A stretch of DNA of 46,527 nt from an uncultured Staphylococcaceae bacterium (GTDB lineage: Bacteria; Bacillota_I; Bacilli_A; ML615J-28; CAG-313): positions 1 through 46,527 of the forward strand of contig CAYYTE010000003.1 in the NCBI GenBank assembly GCA_964474685.1. The letters run 5' to 3'. The position numbers were made by a program, and so were the translations under genes. Each line of letters starts with the position of its first letter. The first letter of the stretch is position 1. Below the pieces are notes generated by a model. It did not search any database, was not told the origin of the DNA, and saw only the letters and a program-made list of their open reading frames with translations. This document shows, piece after piece, positions 43,796 through 46,527 of the stretch.

Positions 43796-45334
43796 ATGGA
43801 AAGTTATCGTCAATTACTATGCTTAGTAATATTTATGAGTGTAGTGTATGGTCTTCACTTTCTATTTCCTAAAAAGTATCGTTATCTTTTTTTACTAGTA
43901 GTTAGTCTTGGTTTCATTGTATATTTTTCGCTCTATTCCGCTATTTTCATTGTTATATCTGCCGGTTCTATTTATTTTGTTGGTAAATGGATGGGGCAAA
44001 TTCATGAAAAAATGTTGGAACAAAAAACAAAGGTTGAAAAAGATGAATATCAATTAATTAAAAAGAAGGCAAAAAGCAAAAAGAAGCTACTGGTTGTACT
44101 AGGTATTATCCTTAATGTAGGTATCTTATTTGTTTTAAAATACCTTAATATGTTTTTATCGATTGGAAATAAATTATTTTCAACAAATGTTTCTTTAATC
44201 CAAGTGATTATTCCTTTAGGCATTAGCTATTATACTCTTTCCGCAATCTCTTATATTGTGGATTGTTATGTAGGTAAATATAGTTATGAGAAGAATTTCT
44301 TTAAAGTGCTATTCTTTTTATGTTATTTTCCTCAGTTACTCGAAGGGCCCATCGCTCGTATGAATGAAGTAGGACAAGATTTAATTAATTCTCCTACAAT
44401 TACCAAACAGGATGCGTCTATAGGGATTATAACTTTCTTCATTGGTTTGTTTAAGAAAATTGTAATTGCAGATCGATTAAGCATATTAGTTACTGCGGTT
44501 TTTGCAACTACTACTATGACTGGATATATTGTTACACTTGGGATTTTTGCTTTCACATTACAATTGTATACAGAGTTTTCTGGTATTATAGATATGGTTA
44601 CCGGTATTAGTAGAATGTATGGATTTAAACTTGCTAAAAACTTTGATCACCCATTCTTCTCATTTTCTATTGGTGAGTTTTGGCGTAGATGGCATATTTC
44701 ACTGGGAGTATGGTTTAAAGAGTATGTTTTCTATCCAATTTCTATGTCGAAACCGATGATGAAATTGTCAAAATTCTTTCGTACTCACAACCATAGTTTT
44801 TTACAAACATTTGTTCCCGCAACCATTGCTTTATTTTGTGTATGGTTTCTAACAGGACTCTGGCATGGAGCAAGTTTGAAATATGTTGTTTATGGACTTT
44901 ATTATTTTCTAATTATTCTCATTGAAACGATTTGTAAAGAGATATTTAAAAATAAAACCTGGACGAAAAAAATGTGGGTAAAAGTATTTCAAATTATTCG
45001 AATGATTATTCTTGTTAACATTGGTATGTTAATATTTAAAGCGCCTACAGTTATGGATGCATTTACGATATTTTTAAATCAATTTAAAACACCATCTACT
45101 AGTTTATTTAAATTATTTGATTTAAAAGAGTCTATTATCGCTTTACTTAGTATTATAGGTTTATTCTTATTTGAGTTCTTTGAAAGTAAAGGTATCTCTT
45201 TTGTGAATTTTACACAAAAGCAATCAATCTACTTTCGAGTAGCTGTTTATTTTATATTTATTATGTTAATTGTTATTTTTGGTGCATATGGAGAAGGATA
45301 TCTTCCCCCAGACCCAATTTATGGAGGTTTTTAA
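43796..45334 (+). CDS. dltB: DltB/AlgI-like MBOAT family membrane O-acyltransferase
   Basis: Multi-TM protein with MBOAT motifs FWRRWHISLGVWFKEYVFYPI and LTGLWHGAS. Confidence 0.85.
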   Translation: MESYRQLLCLVIFMSVVYGLHFLFPKKYRYLFLLVVSLGFIVYFSLYSAIFIVISAGSIYFVGKWMGQIHEKMLEQKTKVEKDEYQLIKKKAKSKKKLLVVLGIILNVGILFVLKYLNMFLSIGNKLFSTNVSLIQVIIPLGISYYTLSAISYIVDCYVGKYSYEKNFFKVLFFLCYFPQLLEGPIARMNEVGQDLINSPTITKQDASIGIITFFIGLFKKIVIADRLSILVTAVFATTTMTGYIVTLGIFAFTLQLYTEFSGIIDMVTGISRMYGFKLAKNFDHPFFSFSIGEFWRRWHISLGVWFKEYVFYPISMSKPMMKLSKFFRTHNHSFLQTFVPATIALFCVWFLTGLWHGASLKYVVYGLYYFLIILIETICKEIFKNKTWTKKMWVKVFQIIRMIILVNIGMLIFKAPTVMDAFTIFLNQFKTPSTSLFKLFDLKESIIALLSIIGLFLFEFFESKGISFVNFTQKQSIYFRVAVYFIFIMLIVIFGAYGEGYLPPDPIYGGF

Positions 45335-45335
45335 A

Positions 45336-46322
45336 ATGAAAAAAGCAATAAAAATTATCATTATATGCTTATTCTTTTTCTCAATTTATTCCTATATATG
45401 TTTTGTCTTTACGCCAAAAACAGCTCATGCGTATGGAGGTAATAAATATTATGAGGGAAAAGGATTTGAAGCAGAAGATACAAATACAATTGATGTGTTT
45501 GCGATTGGAAACAGTGATTTATATAGTGGGTTTATACCTTTAGACCTATATGAAAAGTATGGGTATACTTGTTATAATGCGGGTGTAGCAAAACAAACAC
45601 TCGGGCCTTCTATTAAATTTATTAAACAAGTTCGAAAGAATCAAGATATTAAATTGGTTATTGTAGAAGCAGATTATTTATTTGAAAACGAAGTAATTGG
45701 GCAAAGCGTCCAAAAACTTTCCGCATTAAAGTTTTTTGCAACTCCTTTCTTATATCATGTACGTTGGAAAAAACTTCAAAAAGAAGACTTTTATAAGATT
45801 CCAAATAAAGAATCAAATTATGATTATTTAAAAGGATATCGGTTTGAAACGAAAGTTCAACCTTATGAAAAAAAGGAACTTAGAACCAACAAAATCACTT
45901 CCTTATCAAAAAGAAATTTAAGGAATTTAGAGTTGTTAAAAACTTATTGTGATAACAATAATATTGAGTTGATGATGATGATGCTTCCGACACCATATAA
46001 CTGGAATGAAGGGAAAAATAAAGTATTAACCTCTTTATGTAAAGAAAAAAAGATTCCTTTTCTAGATTTCAATACAAATTATTATGACACTGGTTTTGAT
46101 TATGCGAAAGATTTTCGTGATAATGGAAACCATCTGAACTATTTCGGTGCTAAGAAAATCACTACCTATTTAGGAGAATACATTCATAAAAATTATACAT
46201 TAGAAAACCATTTAGGTGATTCTAAGTATATAAAATGGGATGCTTCTCTTCAAAAATATCATGCTTTTTTAAAAGATAGCAACTTGAATTATGATAATAT
46301 GAATTCAGATTATAAGATTTAG
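45336..46322 (+). CDS. short DltD-like / SGNH-fold membrane-anchored protein
   Basis: N-terminal anchor MKKAIKIIIICLFFFSIYSYICFVF. VFAIGNSDLY resembles the GSSEL nucleophile block of DltD. DNGNHLNYFG resembles the D..H block. GGAGG RBS before ATG 45336. At about 328 aa it is shorter than canonical DltD. Confidence 0.55.
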   Translation: MKKAIKIIIICLFFFSIYSYICFVFTPKTAHAYGGNKYYEGKGFEAEDTNTIDVFAIGNSDLYSGFIPLDLYEKYGYTCYNAGVAKQTLGPSIKFIKQVRKNQDIKLVIVEADYLFENEVIGQSVQKLSALKFFATPFLYHVRWKKLQKEDFYKIPNKESNYDYLKGYRFETKVQPYEKKELRTNKITSLSKRNLRNLELLKTYCDNNNIELMMMMLPTPYNWNEGKNKVLTSLCKEKKIPFLDFNTNYYDTGFDYAKDFRDNGNHLNYFGAKKITTYLGEYIHKNYTLENHLGDSKYIKWDASLQKYHAFLKDSNLNYDNMNSDYKI

Positions 46323-46527
46323 TGTATACTAAATCTTTTTCTTTTGATGATTGTTTATTTTTTTTATATATTGGTATCAGTAGCATATACGAACCTTTAT
46401 TTAATTTTATATTGTATGATATATTCATATAATAAATATATTGTACTTGGAATTATTATAGGAATATTTAGTTTTGGAACACGATATAACTAGGAAAAGT
46501 ATAAAGAATATGTTAAATCCTTAAAAT

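Noticed and set aside
46222-46428. Minus-strand 68-aa ORF at the right edge, and the AT-rich tail 46323-46527.
   Set aside because: The ORF overlaps the 3' end of the DltD-like gene in antisense. The remaining ~200 bp shows no RBS-plus-start combination or structured element that I can support.
1-46527. Window-wide checks for CRISPR arrays, tRNA/rRNA genes, IS transposases or integrases, and the Mollicutes genetic code (TGA = Trp).
   Set aside because: - No regularly spaced repeats.
- No cloverleaf-like GC-rich segments in the intergenic regions.
- No DDE or tyrosine-recombinase-like ORFs.
- Long ORFs are intact under the standard code, with TGG for Trp and TGA used as a genuine stop (for example 31602-31604).

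Overview
This is an AT-rich, low-GC Bacillota-type chromosomal segment that uses the standard genetic code: TGA serves as a stop (for example the dnaB-like gene at 31602-31604) and Trp is TGG. The gene content (RecU, RNase Y, DnaB/DnaD-DnaI loaders, a dlt-like operon, lipoproteins) suggests an Erysipelotrichia or other walled Mollicutes-related Firmicute, but that is inference only.

The backbone is housekeeping:
- a lysine-riboswitch-controlled polar amino-acid ABC importer
- pgsA-recA-upp
- a large GDPD surface lipoprotein
- recU, rny-ymdB, a GNAT and miaB
- two tandem mgtE genes
- polA, a fused mutM-coaE ORF and dnaB(DnaD-like)-dnaI
- two MacB-like fused ABC ATPase/FtsX proteins
- pyrG
- a minus-strand ABC/FtsX/unknown-membrane-protein operon
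- a divergent dltA-C-B-D-like operon

I found no rRNA, tRNA, CRISPR array, transposase or integrase.

The parts most worth a second look are:
1. At the left edge, an AbiEi/AbiEii toxin-antitoxin cassette. Its nucleotidyltransferase toxin is fused in frame to a complete histidine-phosphatase domain. The cassette is bracketed by a near-identical 16-nt direct repeat.
2. At the window centre, a 1230-aa DUF4011-like/SF1 (Upf1-like) helicase with a C-terminal Vsr/DUF559-like endonuclease domain. It is followed by a DUF308-type membrane zinc-ribbon protein and a LURP-one/YxjI-like protein.
3. An ~880-bp non-coding region upstream of the mgtE pair, containing 23-nt repeats. It ends in a strongly signalled 37-codon leader ORF and a perfect 11-bp hairpin that sequesters the mgtE ribosome-binding site. 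No M-box is present.
4. An FtsX permease whose first transmembrane helix lies upstream of any canonical start codon.

All family assignments come from motifs read by eye and need profile searches to confirm.
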